A stretch of 64,000 nt of DNA from Candidatus Gygaella obscura (GTDB taxonomy: Bacteria > Omnitrophota > Gorgyraeia > Gygaellales > Gygaellaceae), in NCBI GenBank assembly GCA_030765485.1, contig JAVCCR010000002.1, positions 12,288-76,287 on the forward strand, given 5' to 3'. The notes below the pieces were generated by a model that saw nothing but the letters and a program-made list of their open reading frames with translations, ran no database searches and was not told where the DNA came from. The position numbers were made by a program, and so were the translations under genes. Of the stretch, positions 1 through 10,990 are shown one piece after another (the first letter of the stretch is position 1; each line of letters begins with the position of its first letter).

Positions 1-682
1 AGGTAACATGATCCTTGCTAAAAGGAAGCTCAATTCCCCAGTTAATTCTATCCTTAGGCCTTGAGATACATAAATCCGATAACTTATTAAGCTTGAGAAA
101 GCTTAAGATTTCATTTCTTCTAATTTCCGGGCGGATAAAAAAAGGATTACTCTCAATATACTGAATAAGCCATTCCTGATAGTCGGACATACGAAAAAAA
201 TAATTATTTTCACTTATATGTTCCAGTTTTCTTTTACAATCAGGACAAATATTATCCTCAACCTGAGAATTACTCCAAAATGTTTCACAGGGTGTACAAT
301 ACCATCCCTGATAATTCTTTTTGTAGATATCGTTTTTGTTATAAAGAATCTTTAACACATGTTTAACCGCTGTAATATGCCTGGGCTCAGTAGTTCTAAT
401 AAAATCATTATGTGAAATATCCAAAATCTTCCAAAGCTCTTTAAAGGTAAATACTACTTTATCTGTGAATTCCTCAGGCGTTAGACCAGCCTCTCTAGCA
501 GAGCGTTCTATCTTCTGACCATGCTCATCAGTTCCTGTTAAAAACCAGACATTTTGCTCTCCAATACGATTACGCATAAAACGAGCAATAGAATCAGCAG
601 CGATATTAGTATAAGAATGCCCTATATGCGCTGAGGCATTAACATAATAAAGCGGCGTTGTGATATAAAACTTATTGTTCAT
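1..682 (-). CDS. metG: Methionyl-tRNA synthetase (5' part; runs off window start)
   Basis: Not in ORF track; manual translation from ATG at 682 gives MNNKFYITTPLYYVNASAHIGHSY (HIGH motif)...FLTGTDEHGQKI...YCTPCE...CPDC zinc knuckle. Confidence 0.96.
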   Translation of the reverse strand, partial: MNNKFYITTPLYYVNASAHIGHSYTNIAADSIARFMRNRIGEQNVWFLTGTDEHGQKIERSAREAGLTPEEFTDKVVFTFKELWKILDISHNDFIRTTEPRHITAVKHVLKILYNKNDIYKKNYQGWYCTPCETFWSNSQVEDNICPDCKRKLEHISENNYFFRMSDYQEWLIQYIESNPFFIRPEIRRNEILSFLKLNKLSDLCISRPKDRINWGIELPFSKDHVT

Positions 683-687
683 AGTAT

Positions 688-1470
688 CTAAACCTTAACT
701 TCCATATGTACGCCAGACTCAAGTTCTACCATTACGCTTTGTTTTAAAGGACTGACTGCAATAACCTTGCCTTTTCCGTTTGCCGTATTTATCTTTTCTC
801 CCTCTCGCGGCATTTTCTTTAATAATTCTTTATAACATTTATGCTCATAGCTTAAACAACACATCAACCTACCGCATATACCGGAAATCTTTGGCGGATT
901 TAATGGTAAACCTTGCTCCTTAGCCATCTTTATTGTTACCGGGTCAAAATCCTTTAAAAATGTAGTACAGCACAATTTCCTTCCACAAACACCAATTCCG
1001 CCAAATAGTTTTGCTTCGTCGCGCACGCCGATCTGACGCAATTCAATCCTGGTTTTAAATATCTTAGCCAGATCCTTTAAAAGATTCCTGAAATCTACTC
1101 TTCCGTCAGCAGTAAAATAAAAAATAATTTTACTTCTATCAAATGTATACTCGGCATCTACAAGCTTCATATCCAACTTATGTTTTACAATATGCTTCTC
1201 GCATACGGAAAACGCATTCTTTGCTTTGGATTTATTATCCTCAATCATTTTTAAGTCATTTTCTGTAGCGATTCTTGAGATCTTTCTGGGAAGCTCGGAA
1301 GACTCCACCTCGGATGCGGGTAAAGCATCGGTAATAACCTGGGCACACTCAGCACTCTTATCCGTATCTACAATAACCCAATCTGATATCTTAACCGTAA
1401 AATCTTCTGGTAAATAACAATAAACCAAACGACCTGCATCTCTTAATCTCGCCTGAATAAGTTTTTCCAT
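688..1470 (-). CDS. ricT: PSP1/RicT (YaaT) family protein
   Basis: FYFTADGRVDFR, RIELRQIGVRDEAK, CGRKLCC, KISGICGRLMCCL motifs; holB-yaaT-metG order. Confidence 0.9.
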   Translation of the reverse strand: MEKLIQARLRDAGRLVYCYLPEDFTVKISDWVIVDTDKSAECAQVITDALPASEVESSELPRKISRIATENDLKMIEDNKSKAKNAFSVCEKHIVKHKLDMKLVDAEYTFDRSKIIFYFTADGRVDFRNLLKDLAKIFKTRIELRQIGVRDEAKLFGGIGVCGRKLCCTTFLKDFDPVTIKMAKEQGLPLNPPKISGICGRLMCCLSYEHKCYKELLKKMPREGEKINTANGKGKVIAVSPLKQSVMVELESGVHMEVKV

Positions 1471-1472
1471 TT

Positions 1473-2441
1473 TTACATCCTTGTTAATTTAGAACTAAGA
1501 TAGTTCAAAAAAAGTTTTATGTTTAAATTACTATCAATATTATTAACCGTCTTTAAAAGCTCGTCTGTGGCCTTATCGATATCAATAAGAGTAATCCCTT
1601 CCGTTGATTGTCTTAATTTATCTTCTATATCTGAATTTACAAGTGCAATATTACTTTGTGCACTTTTTAATATCCGCATATCCCTAAGATATGTCAGGAT
1701 AATAGAAAAAACCAGATTTATATCTCCTTTTGCGCTTATCTGAGACAAAAAATCACTATCAAGAATTCTGCGTTTACTTTCCAAAAAAGAATTTATTATC
1801 TTATCCCGCAATTCAAAAAAATTATTATTCTCTAATTCCATTGCCAGAGACAACCTACCTGATGTAAAACTGGCCAGGCAATCGCATCTTTTCTTTTCAA
1901 GCCCCAAGTTGTCTTTTAACCAAACAGCAACCTCATCTTTAGCGCTACAGCTGAAATTAATCTTATGGCAACGCGATAATATCGTAGGAAGAACCAAAGA
2001 AGCTGAACTAACAGTAAGAATAATTACCGTGTTTTTTGCCGGCTCTTCTAAAGTCTTTAAAAAACAATTGCTGGCCTCGTTTGTCAATCGTTCAATATCA
2101 GGCACCACTACTACTTTAGTTTTTGCCATATAAGGCCGTAATATTATTTTCTCCTGGATCTGTCTTATATCATTTATCTTTATCGTATTATCTTCACTGT
2201 TAAAAACCATCATGTCCGGATGCTGACTTTTATCAATCAAGAGGCAATGCTGACAACTACAATCCTGGCCAAAACTACCTTTAAGGCAATTAAGCGCCTT
2301 AGCAAAATCCTTGGCAATTCTTAATTTATCAACTCCCAAAGGACCAATAAATAAATAAGTATGTGCAACCCTATTACTACTAATCGCTGCTTTAAGATAA
2401 CCAACAACTTTACGTTGATCGTAGTTACTTTTTACCTGCAT
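1473..2441 (-). CDS. holB: DNA polymerase III delta' subunit
   Basis: HTYLFIGP, Zn Cys cluster, HPD, ASNCFLKTLEEP, LPTILSRC; start moved to ATG 2441. Confidence 0.9.
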   Translation of the reverse strand: MQVKSNYDQRKVVGYLKAAISSNRVAHTYLFIGPLGVDKLRIAKDFAKALNCLKGSFGQDCSCQHCLLIDKSQHPDMMVFNSEDNTIKINDIRQIQEKIILRPYMAKTKVVVVPDIERLTNEASNCFLKTLEEPAKNTVIILTVSSASLVLPTILSRCHKINFSCSAKDEVAVWLKDNLGLEKKRCDCLASFTSGRLSLAMELENNNFFELRDKIINSFLESKRRILDSDFLSQISAKGDINLVFSIILTYLRDMRILKSAQSNIALVNSDIEDKLRQSTEGITLIDIDKATDELLKTVNNIDSNLNIKLFLNYLSSKLTRM

Positions 2442-3087
2442 AAGATTTTCTTTTAAGTAAAGCACTTATATAATGTTGTATTGACTCTTGAGTCTTAGAA
2501 ACACTTTTTTCTACCTTCACTAACTTTATCCTGTTGGAGGATTGTTTTGCCAATTTTAAATAACCATTTCTTACGCGTAAATGATAAGCAAGGTTTCTTT
2601 TTTCAATACGGTCTTTAGAGTTTTTTACTCTGTGACAATTCTTCAAACCCTGTTTTAAAGGTAAATCCAATAAAAAAGTTAAATCAGGCTTTAGGCCCAA
2701 ACTTACCAAACTGCCGATTTTTTTTATCAAAATAATATCTATCCCCAGACCATAACCTTGATAAGCAATCGTAGAATCAAGAAACCTATCACAAATGACA
2801 ACCTTACCTTTTTTTAATGCTGCAAGAATCAGCTCCTCGACAATCTGCGCACGCGCTGCCATATAAAGAAGCATTTCCGTAACTTTAGACATTTTTTTAT
2901 TCTCACAATCCAACAAAATATCTCTAATTTTCTCGCTTATCTTGGTACTTCCAGGCTCTCTTACAATAATACAATCGAGGCCACTACTCTTTAAAAAAGA
3001 ACAAAGCATTTTCGACTGAGTACTCTTACCTGAGCCTTCTGAACCTTCAAATGTTATAAAGATACCTTTTAAATCTTTTTTCGCCAT
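2425..3087 (-). CDS. tmk: Thymidylate kinase
   Basis: FITFEGSEGSGKST P-loop, REPG, CDRFLDSTIAYQG. Confidence 0.96.
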   Translation of the reverse strand: MAKKDLKGIFITFEGSEGSGKSTQSKMLCSFLKSSGLDCIIVREPGSTKISEKIRDILLDCENKKMSKVTEMLLYMAARAQIVEELILAALKKGKVVICDRFLDSTIAYQGYGLGIDIILIKKIGSLVSLGLKPDLTFLLDLPLKQGLKNCHRVKNSKDRIEKRNLAYHLRVRNGYLKLAKQSSNRIKLVKVEKSVSKTQESIQHYISALLKRKSYAGKK

Positions 3088-4499
3088 GTTGAGCCTTCTC
3101 TTGTATCTTCTATGACTATACCCTTTTTATCCAATGCCTCTCTTATCCTGTCTGCTTCTGTAAACTTTTTCTGCTTTTTAAAATCCAACCTTAAATTGAT
3201 TTGTCTATCGATTTCCTCTTTTGTAATATCTAATGTTTCAATTTCTAAAAACTTTAAACCAAATATCTCAGTCATTTCATTCATCACATCAAGAGCGTAA
3301 TGCAGTATAAAAGGTTTAAATTCATCATCACTATCTAGTAACTTATTACAATTATGGACCATATCGAATAATACCGATAATGCTCTTGGCATACTAAAAT
3401 CATTATCCATATATTCGATAAACTTATCTTTAAATAGCATCATATTGCCTGTACCCTGTTTAACCACCTTGGCTAAATCAACTGTACCAAAATGCTTAAT
3501 AAGCTTATCCCTTAGAATAACAATACTTTTATAAGACTCTTTCACTTCTTCTATTTTTTTATCACTATAATCAATAGACTGAGAGTAATGCGCGGATAAA
3601 AAGAAAAGTTTTAATAAATCCATATTCTTATATCTAGCCAGAAAATCCTTTATGGTTATAAAATTACCCGAAGACTTGGACATCTTCTGAGCGTTTATAG
3701 TCAGTAGGCCGTGATGTATCCAGCATTTTGCAAAGGGCTTTTCTGTTTTAGCCTCAGCCTGAGCGATTTCATTCTCATGATGCGGAAAAATTAAATCCCT
3801 TCCTCCAGCATGTATATCTAAGGTATCAGTTTTTAGATACTTTTGGCTCATTACCGAACACTCTATATGCCAGCCAGGCCTGCCGTCACCCCAAGGACTT
3901 GGCCAAAAAGGCTCATTTTCTTTTGCCTTTTTCCATAAAGCAAAATCAAGCGGGTCTTTTTTGGTCTCGTCATGGGATTTTCTTACACCCGTAAGCATCT
4001 GTTCTATGCTTTGATGAGAAAGTTTACCGTAATCAGTGAACTTGCGCACACTAAAGTAAACCCCTGTATCTGTCTCGTAAGCAAAGTCTTTTTCAATCAA
4101 GGCTTCAATATATTTAATAATATCTTGTATATTTTCCGTTGCTCTGGGTTCATCTGCACCATCAAGAATCCCTTTTTCTATTCCCAAAGAGGTTAAGTCT
4201 TCGTTATATCTAGCGATATACTTTTCAATCAGCTCTTTCCAATCAATTCCTAACTCATTAGCTCTATTAATAATCTTATCGTCGATATCAGTAATATTGC
4301 GTACAAAATTAACCTTAAAACCCCTATATTTTAAGTAGCGCCTAATAACATCAAAGATGTAAAGGCTTCTAGCATGACCAATATGACAATCGTCATAAAC
4401 CGTAACCCCGCAGGTATACATATTTACTGTATGCTGTTTATCGCTATCTAAAATAAACTCACCTTTACCTAATGAATTTTTTACTTTTACAATGACCAT
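3069..4499 (-). CDS. cysS: Cysteinyl-tRNA synthetase
   Basis: [38 protein letters not shown]. Confidence 0.97.
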   Translation of the reverse strand: MVIVKVKNSLGKGEFILDSDKQHTVNMYTCGVTVYDDCHIGHARSLYIFDVIRRYLKYRGFKVNFVRNITDIDDKIINRANELGIDWKELIEKYIARYNEDLTSLGIEKGILDGADEPRATENIQDIIKYIEALIEKDFAYETDTGVYFSVRKFTDYGKLSHQSIEQMLTGVRKSHDETKKDPLDFALWKKAKENEPFWPSPWGDGRPGWHIECSVMSQKYLKTDTLDIHAGGRDLIFPHHENEIAQAEAKTEKPFAKCWIHHGLLTINAQKMSKSSGNFITIKDFLARYKNMDLLKLFFLSAHYSQSIDYSDKKIEEVKESYKSIVILRDKLIKHFGTVDLAKVVKQGTGNMMLFKDKFIEYMDNDFSMPRALSVLFDMVHNCNKLLDSDDEFKPFILHYALDVMNEMTEIFGLKFLEIETLDITKEEIDRQINLRLDFKKQKKFTEADRIREALDKKGIVIEDTREGSTWRKKI

Positions 4500-5179
4500 T
4501 AATTTTTTTTCTTTAAATCGTTGATATTTTTTTCCAGCTCTTCAATTTTTTCCATTATCGGATCAATGATATGACGGTGATCAAGGGAAATATCAAGCTT
4601 TTTACCGTCTTGCTTGGTGATTCTACCAGGAATACCCACAACAGTAGAATTAACCGGCACATCTTTAATAACTACTGCATTTGCTCCAATATAGGAATTT
4701 TCGCCTATCATAATATCACCTAAAACTTTAGCGCCTGCACCAATAACTACATTTTTACCAATTGTAGGATGGCGCTTACCTTTTCTTACACCTGTTCCAC
4801 CCAAGGTTACCCCCTGATAAATCAAAACATTGTCTTCGATAACCGTAGTTTCACCTATCACAATACCCATACCATGATCGATAAAAATCCCTTTGCCGAT
4901 TTTCGCCTGGGGGTGAATCTCAATACCGGTTAAAAATCTACTAAACTGCGATATCAGCCTGGCGATAAATAGAAGTTTTAATTTCCAAAAGATCTGCGCA
5001 ATACGATGCAAAATAATTGCATGCAGCCCATGATAAAGAAGAACAACCTCTATTATATTGCGTGATGCCGGATCTTTTTCCAGCGCAACTTTTACCTCGT
5101 CTTTAAAAATAACACTTGTTGTAAGCGCAACCAATGCAAGAACAGATAGAAAAAGAATTAAAAAATTGAATATAAACAT
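4499..5179 (-). CDS. cysE: Serine O-acetyltransferase with hydrophobic N-terminal extension
   Basis: [31 protein letters not shown] hexapeptide repeats. Confidence 0.93.
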   Translation of the reverse strand: MFIFNFLILFLSVLALVALTTSVIFKDEVKVALEKDPASRNIIEVVLLYHGLHAIILHRIAQIFWKLKLLFIARLISQFSRFLTGIEIHPQAKIGKGIFIDHGMGIVIGETTVIEDNVLIYQGVTLGGTGVRKGKRHPTIGKNVVIGAGAKVLGDIMIGENSYIGANAVVIKDVPVNSTVVGIPGRITKQDGKKLDISLDHRHIIDPIMEKIEELEKNINDLKKKN

Positions 5180-5181
5180 AA

Positions 5182-5661
5182 TTATTTCCTTTCCACTAAA
5201 ACTACAGAAAAAGCAGCAATGGCACGTTTACTGCCTATCGCCCCAAAACCTTCCTGCGTCTTGGCTTTAAGATTAATTTTACTTTTATTTATCTTTAGAA
5301 TTCTTGCCATATTTGCAATAATCTTTTGTTTGTATTTAGACAGCTTTGGTTTCTCAAGCAATAAAACACTATCGATATTGCAGATTGAAAAACCTTTTTT
5401 TCGCATTATAGAATCGGCTTTTTTTAAAATTAATTCGCTCTTTAAATCCTTATTTTCTTTTTTTGTATCGGGGAATAGCTCTCCGATATCGCCAGAGCCG
5501 ACCGCACCTAAAATAGCATCGGAAACTGCATGCAACAATACATCTCCGTCAGAATGCGCCTTCATGCCAAAACTGGAATCTATTTTTACGCCTCCGAGAA
5601 TAAATTTTTTTCCCTTTATCAAGCGATGAAGATCATAACCATAACCAACTTTATATCTCAT
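5182..5661 (-). CDS. ispF: 2-C-methyl-D-erythritol 2,4-cyclodiphosphate synthase
   Basis: [31 protein letters not shown]. Confidence 0.96.
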   Translation of the reverse strand: MRYKVGYGYDLHRLIKGKKFILGGVKIDSSFGMKAHSDGDVLLHAVSDAILGAVGSGDIGELFPDTKKENKDLKSELILKKADSIMRKKGFSICNIDSVLLLEKPKLSKYKQKIIANMARILKINKSKINLKAKTQEGFGAIGSKRAIAAFSVVLVERK

Positions 5662-6350
5662 TTTTTATAATTTCTATTCCTTATCAAACTTTCAGCAAAA
5701 AGAATATCCTCTGGTGTTGTTATCTTAATATTTGAATAACTTCCCTTAAATAACGCTACTTTTCTACCTAATCTTTCTACAAGCAAAGAATCATCAGTAG
5801 GCGAGAACCTACCTTTTCTTTTTAAAACCATCTTAATTAAATCTACCTTGAATGCTTGCGGAGTCTGTATCTGCCAAAGCCTTGTTCTATCTAAAGTATT
5901 CTTGATGAAATTACCATTTTTATTGCTTTCTTTAATAGTTGAAATAACAGGTACGCCAACAACACAAGCACCACTGACAGCGGTTTTCTTAATACATTCT
6001 GTAATTGTTTTTTTATCTACAAACGGCCTTGCGACATCATGAATTACTACTATATTGGTATCTTTATCTAAACGCTTAACACCATTATTGACCGAATCAA
6101 CCCTTTTTTTACCACCGGCGCATAACAGTTTTATCTTTTTTATCTTGTATTTTCTAATCAATGAATCGATTATCGGTAAATCATCGTTTTTACATACAAT
6201 AATTATATTTGTAATCAGAGGATGTATAGAAAAAGTCTTTAATGTGCGGATTGCTATCGGAATATTTAAAACCTTGACTAAGGCCTTAGAAACTTTCCTT
6301 TTTAATCTTCTACCAGAACCGGCAGCTACAACAATAGCTTCTACTTTCAT
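5658..6350 (-). CDS. ispD: 2-C-methyl-D-erythritol 4-phosphate cytidylyltransferase
   Basis: AAGSGRR, IHDVARPF, QTPQAF, TDD, NIKITTPED. Confidence 0.95.
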   Translation of the reverse strand: MKVEAIVVAAGSGRRLKRKVSKALVKVLNIPIAIRTLKTFSIHPLITNIIIVCKNDDLPIIDSLIRKYKIKKIKLLCAGGKKRVDSVNNGVKRLDKDTNIVVIHDVARPFVDKKTITECIKKTAVSGACVVGVPVISTIKESNKNGNFIKNTLDRTRLWQIQTPQAFKVDLIKMVLKRKGRFSPTDDSLLVERLGRKVALFKGSYSNIKITTPEDILFAESLIRNRNYKK

Positions 6351-6356
6351 TATTGA

Positions 6357-7361
6357 CTACTTATGGCTTCGTCTTGAAGAATGGTTTAATTCAATGCGCG
6401 CAAATATCATCCGTCCGGCCTGCGTCTGTAACGATGATGTAACAGCAACCTTTAAGGTTTCATTTATATGTCTTCTGCCGTTTTCTACAACTACCATTGT
6501 CCCATCATCCAAATAACCAATAGCCTGATTAGACTCTTTTCCTTCCTTGATAAGCTTGATTTCCAAAAATTCACCCGGGAATACAACAGGTTTCAAAGCA
6601 AGGCTTAACTCATTGATATTTAAAACCTTCACTCCCTGGATATCAGCAACGCGGTTTAGATTAAAATCAAGCGTAAGTATCTTTGCTGATAGCATCTTTG
6701 CCAGTCTTACCAGTTTTGCATCCACTTCTTTTATATCTGCGAAATCTTCTTCGCTTATACTAACGCTAACTTTACTGTCCTTCTGCAACATATTTAGAAT
6801 ATCGAGTCCTCTTCTTCCCCTTTGCCGCTTGAGCGAATCGGTAGAATCGGCTATCTGCTGAAGTTCTCTTAAAACAAAACGCGGAACAATTAACTTGGCA
6901 TCAATAAAATTTGTCTTGCAGATATCGGTTATTCTTCCATCAATAATAACGCTTGTATCAAGTAAAACTAAATCTTCCGGAGCGTTTTCTCTTTTAAACC
7001 TGACATAAGGAATTATCAGGTTAAACTCTTCCCTCCCGCGCAAGCCAAGAAGTAAACCTAAATAACAAAATACTATAGTTAAAGTGCCTCTTACAATATT
7101 TAAAGTTTCCAATTGAAGTTTAGCAAGACTAAAGGCATCACCAACCAATTTTGCCATAATCAAGCCTAGAATTAATCCAAATACCGAACTAGAAAGTCCT
7201 CTTACAGAAACCCTGCGCATACCAACCTCAAAAACAACAATCAAAATACCAACTATGCCTCCAGAGATTGCACCAAATAGACTATGCTGATTACCTACAG
7301 AATAAAAACCTATTAATACGCTACCTAAAATAAAAAGAAGCCTAATGAATATAACGCCCAT
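6357..7361 (-). CDS. Membrane PIN/TRAM-domain protein (YacL family)
   Basis: N-terminal TM helices, [15 protein letters not shown] motif, [16 protein letters not shown]; between radA and ispD. Confidence 0.9.
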   Translation of the reverse strand: MGVIFIRLLFILGSVLIGFYSVGNQHSLFGAISGGIVGILIVVFEVGMRRVSVRGLSSSVFGLILGLIMAKLVGDAFSLAKLQLETLNIVRGTLTIVFCYLGLLLGLRGREEFNLIIPYVRFKRENAPEDLVLLDTSVIIDGRITDICKTNFIDAKLIVPRFVLRELQQIADSTDSLKRQRGRRGLDILNMLQKDSKVSVSISEEDFADIKEVDAKLVRLAKMLSAKILTLDFNLNRVADIQGVKVLNINELSLALKPVVFPGEFLEIKLIKEGKESNQAIGYLDDGTMVVVENGRRHINETLKVAVTSSLQTQAGRMIFARIELNHSSRRSHK

Positions 7362-8735
7362 TTATTTACCATCCTTCCATATAATTTTTAGAATATCATT
7401 CAAAAAACTAATACCTTTTAATTCTATATTCTTACTCGACATCTTATTTTTCAGATTATTCTCTGACAAAACGCAGGTTTTAAAACCTAGTTTTCCAACC
7501 TCGTTTATTCTCAAGCCTGCCTGTGTAATTATTCTTACTTCTGAGGCTAACCCAAGCTCTCCCAACAACACAATATCGTCTTTTATGACCTTATCGTAAT
7601 AGCTGGAAATAATACTAGCTGCAACTGCCAAATCAATTGCCGGATCAACAACCCTAATCCCGCCTGTAATATTTAAAAACACATCCTTATCGTGAAGCTT
7701 TAAACCCATACGCTTCTCTAAAATCGCTATAAGTATAGAGAATCTGTTATAATCTATTCCTTGGCATTTCCTACCTGCAAAACCAACATTACTTTTAGAT
7801 ACCAAAGATTGAACCTCAATCATTAAAGGACGCGTCCCTTCTATAATACAACTTATCGCACTACCGGAAACTCCTTTAGGCCGCTCAGATAAAAAAATCT
7901 TAGATGGATTATTTACTTCTTTAAGACCAACTGAAGTCATTTCAAATACGCCGATTTCATTGGTTGAGCCAAAACGATTCTTTACAGAACGAACAATCCT
8001 ATACAAAGAGTACCTTTCTCCTTCAAAATAAAGCACTGTATCAACCATATGTTCTAAGACGCGTGGTCCGGCCAGCATACCTTCTTTAGTTACATGTCCA
8101 ATTATCACCAGAGAAGTATCTTCGCTCTTTGCAAATTGAGTTAATACCTGAGCGCTTTCTCTGACTTGAGTTATGCTTCCTGCACTTGAACTAAAATCAG
8201 AATTAAATAAAACCTGTATTGAATCTATAACAACTAAATCCGGTTTAAGGCGTTTTATAAGCTCAATAATCACCAATACGTCCGTCTGATTGACAATAAA
8301 TAAATTCGTATTTGACTTTACTGAAAGTCTATCAGCACGGAGTTTGGTTTGTGCAATACTCTCCTCGCCACTTATATAAAGAACCTTTTTACCTAAAGAA
8401 GCTAAATTATTAGAAATCTGCAGGCTAATTGTAGATTTACCAATACCTGGGTCGCCCCCAATCAAAATAACCGAGCCTTGAACAATGCCACCACCTAAAA
8501 CTCTATCCAACTCCTCAATCCCCAACTTTATACGCTGCTTTGAAGCAATATCCACTTCACTTAACAAAACAGGGTCTGCTACCTTAAAATTAGTTGCCCT
8601 ACCTTTGGGAATCTTAATAGGCGTGTAGTCCTCTTCAACAAAACTATTCCAATTGCTGCAATCAGGACATCTTCCTAACCATTTAGGAGACTGATAACCG
8701 CAATTTTGACATGTAAAAACCAACTTTGTTTTCAT
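7362..8735 (-). CDS. radA: DNA repair protein RadA/Sms
   Basis: CQNCG...CPDC Zn finger, GDPGIGKST, KNRFG, Lon-like C-terminus. Confidence 0.97.
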   Translation of the reverse strand: MKTKLVFTCQNCGYQSPKWLGRCPDCSNWNSFVEEDYTPIKIPKGRATNFKVADPVLLSEVDIASKQRIKLGIEELDRVLGGGIVQGSVILIGGDPGIGKSTISLQISNNLASLGKKVLYISGEESIAQTKLRADRLSVKSNTNLFIVNQTDVLVIIELIKRLKPDLVVIDSIQVLFNSDFSSSAGSITQVRESAQVLTQFAKSEDTSLVIIGHVTKEGMLAGPRVLEHMVDTVLYFEGERYSLYRIVRSVKNRFGSTNEIGVFEMTSVGLKEVNNPSKIFLSERPKGVSGSAISCIIEGTRPLMIEVQSLVSKSNVGFAGRKCQGIDYNRFSILIAILEKRMGLKLHDKDVFLNITGGIRVVDPAIDLAVAASIISSYYDKVIKDDIVLLGELGLASEVRIITQAGLRINEVGKLGFKTCVLSENNLKNKMSSKNIELKGISFLNDILKIIWKDGK

Positions 8736-9376
8736 TTAGTAACTTTTTTTTCTCTTGTCTTATAAAAAAGCTTCCAGGGATTGTTTTTGATATCTAAAAC
8801 CAATTCATCAAGATTTTCATATAACGACTCATTAACTAATAGTTTTCCAATTGTACCTTCCCCGCTTTCAATGCTTGAAGTAATCTCATCAATGGTTAAG
8901 ACAACATTCTTTAAATCCTTAGCCATATCCTGAACCATCACACCCATATCATGCATAGGTACGGGATCTTCGCCACGTATAGCCTGACCAGGACCTAACA
9001 CCTCTGCGTAATTAATACCGGGAATAATCTCTACGTACTTTTCACCTAAAAGACCTAAGGTATTAATAAAGACCTTGGAGTCTTTTGGGATTGAAACATC
9101 CTTTCTTACCCAGGCATCCAGTTCTACAAGAGTTAAATCAGAATTCTTATCCATAGGTAGAATATGGACATTTTTTATTTCCCCCACATTGACTCCTGCG
9201 ACTCTTAACGGAGAATTATTCTTTACTCCATTGGCATAATTAAAAATGATCTTTACGTTATATTTTGGCTGAACAATCTGAAAATCAGTTATAAAAAACA
9301 CCATAAAAACCATTATCACCAAGCCAATTAAAACAAAGACACCTACTTTAAATTCAAGAGTGATTTTAGGGTTCAT
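8732..9376 (-). CDS. mlaD: MlaD/MCE family substrate-binding protein
   Basis: N-terminal TM, VAGVNVGEI, GLLGEKYVEI; ATG 9376 preceded by AAGGAG. Confidence 0.88.
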   Translation of the reverse strand: MNPKITLEFKVGVFVLIGLVIMVFMVFFITDFQIVQPKYNVKIIFNYANGVKNNSPLRVAGVNVGEIKNVHILPMDKNSDLTLVELDAWVRKDVSIPKDSKVFINTLGLLGEKYVEIIPGINYAEVLGPGQAIRGEDPVPMHDMGVMVQDMAKDLKNVVLTIDEITSSIESGEGTIGKLLVNESLYENLDELVLDIKNNPWKLFYKTREKKVTK

Positions 9377-9389
9377 CTTTTTCTCCTTT

Positions 9390-10157
9390 TTATGGATAAT
9401 CAGTATCGGTACTTTCCGTAATCGGGCCTTCAGCAGCACCAGTTATGAATTGTTTTACAACCGGATGATCGGTATTCTGAATCTCAGTAGGTGTGCCTTC
9501 GGCAATAATTTTTCCTTGATAAAGCATGGCTATACTATCAGCTACATAATAAGCGCTGGTCATATCGTGAGTAACTACGATTGAAGTAACCTGCAGTTTA
9601 TCATGAAGATTTTTTATAAGTTCGTTTATTGCTGCTGCTGTAATCGGGTCCACCCCAGTTGTCGGCTCGTCATAAAGAATAATTTCAGGCCGGGAACATA
9701 TTGCCCGAGCCAGAGATACTCTTTTTTTCATACCACCGCTTAGCTCTGAAGGCATTAAAGCACCAATCCCATAAAGCTCAACCAAAGATAAAGAATCTTC
9801 CACCTTTTTAATAATTTCATCTCTAGACATTTTGGTATGTTCAAAATAGCTGAAACCTACGTTTTCTGCAACATTTAAAGAGTCAAACAAAGCTCCGCCC
9901 TGAAAAACCATACCGATTTTTTTACGTACCTGGTTAAGTTCTTTTGCACCCAACCGGGCAACATTAGTACCGCCAACCAAAACTTCTCCATTGTTAGGCT
10001 TTAAAATACCAACAATGTGCTTTAAAAGCACTGATTTTCCGCAACCAGAACGACCAATAATAACCTTGGTTTCGCCTTTTTTTATCTTTAGACTTGCACC
10101 ATTTAAAACCCTATGAGCACCAAAAGACTTTTCGATATTAATTAACTCTATCATCAT
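9390..10157 (-). CDS. mlaF: MlaF-type ABC ATPase
   Basis: GRSGCGKS, GMVFQGGALFDS, ELSGGMKKRV, LYDEPTTGVDP; ATGA overlap with mlaE stop. Confidence 0.9.
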   Translation of the reverse strand: MMIELINIEKSFGAHRVLNGASLKIKKGETKVIIGRSGCGKSVLLKHIVGILKPNNGEVLVGGTNVARLGAKELNQVRKKIGMVFQGGALFDSLNVAENVGFSYFEHTKMSRDEIIKKVEDSLSLVELYGIGALMPSELSGGMKKRVSLARAICSRPEIILYDEPTTGVDPITAAAINELIKNLHDKLQVTSIVVTHDMTSAYYVADSIAMLYQGKIIAEGTPTEIQNTDHPVVKQFITGAAEGPITESTDTDYP

Positions 10158-10981
10158 ATAATAAAATAAAATAACGCAGCGAAGAAACAATCCGCTGCAA
10201 TGATTAAAATGAACGTCTTAACAACCGAACTAGTTGTTGCCTTGCCAACTCCTTCTGCTCCTCCTTCAACGCGAAAACCCTCAAAACTAGCAACAATAGC
10301 AATAATCATACCAAAAACCGAAGTCTTAACAAGACCAATAAACATATCCTTCAGCATTAAAGCATCAAAAGTCATAGAAAAATAAAGATTTGATGGAATC
10401 CCAAGACGGTTTACGCAGATAAAGTAACCTCCCATAATCCCTACGATATCAGAATAAAGCGTAAGAACCGGAAGCATTATTGCAAGAGCTATGAATCTTG
10501 GCACAACCAAATATTTTACCGGGTCTGCGGCAAAGGTATAAAGAGCATCAACCTGTTCAGTAACTTTCATTGTTCCGATTGCTGCGGTAATTGCCGCACC
10601 ATTTCTCCCAGCAACAATTAACGCCGTTAATACAGGCCCTAATTCTCTTACTAAAGATACAGCGACAATATTAGCGATATAAATCTCAGAAGACAGTTTC
10701 TGCATCTGATACGCTGTCTGAAGCGCTAAGATTATTCCGGTAAAAAAAGCCACCAGACTTACAATAAGAAGACTATCCAAACCGATATTTTTTGACTGCT
10801 GAATAATCCTTTCTTTCTTCAACGGTGGCCTAAAAATCCAGACAATCGTATTAAAAAAAAGCAAAGACAGATTTCCCAGATAATCAAAAAACACAAAAAT
10901 AGGATTCATGTGTTTTAAAAACGGCCTAAAGGTATGTTTTATTTCTCTAAACTTTATGTATTTAGATGCAAAAAATTTCAT
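10154..10981 (-). CDS. mlaE: MlaE-type ABC permease
   Basis: RELGPVLTALIVAGR, GTMKVTEQVDAL, GGAEGVGKATT. Confidence 0.92.
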   Translation of the reverse strand: MKFFASKYIKFREIKHTFRPFLKHMNPIFVFFDYLGNLSLLFFNTIVWIFRPPLKKERIIQQSKNIGLDSLLIVSLVAFFTGIILALQTAYQMQKLSSEIYIANIVAVSLVRELGPVLTALIVAGRNGAAITAAIGTMKVTEQVDALYTFAADPVKYLVVPRFIALAIMLPVLTLYSDIVGIMGGYFICVNRLGIPSNLYFSMTFDALMLKDMFIGLVKTSVFGMIIAIVASFEGFRVEGGAEGVGKATTSSVVKTFILIIAADCFFAALFYFII

Positions 10982-10990
10982 TTTTTCTGT

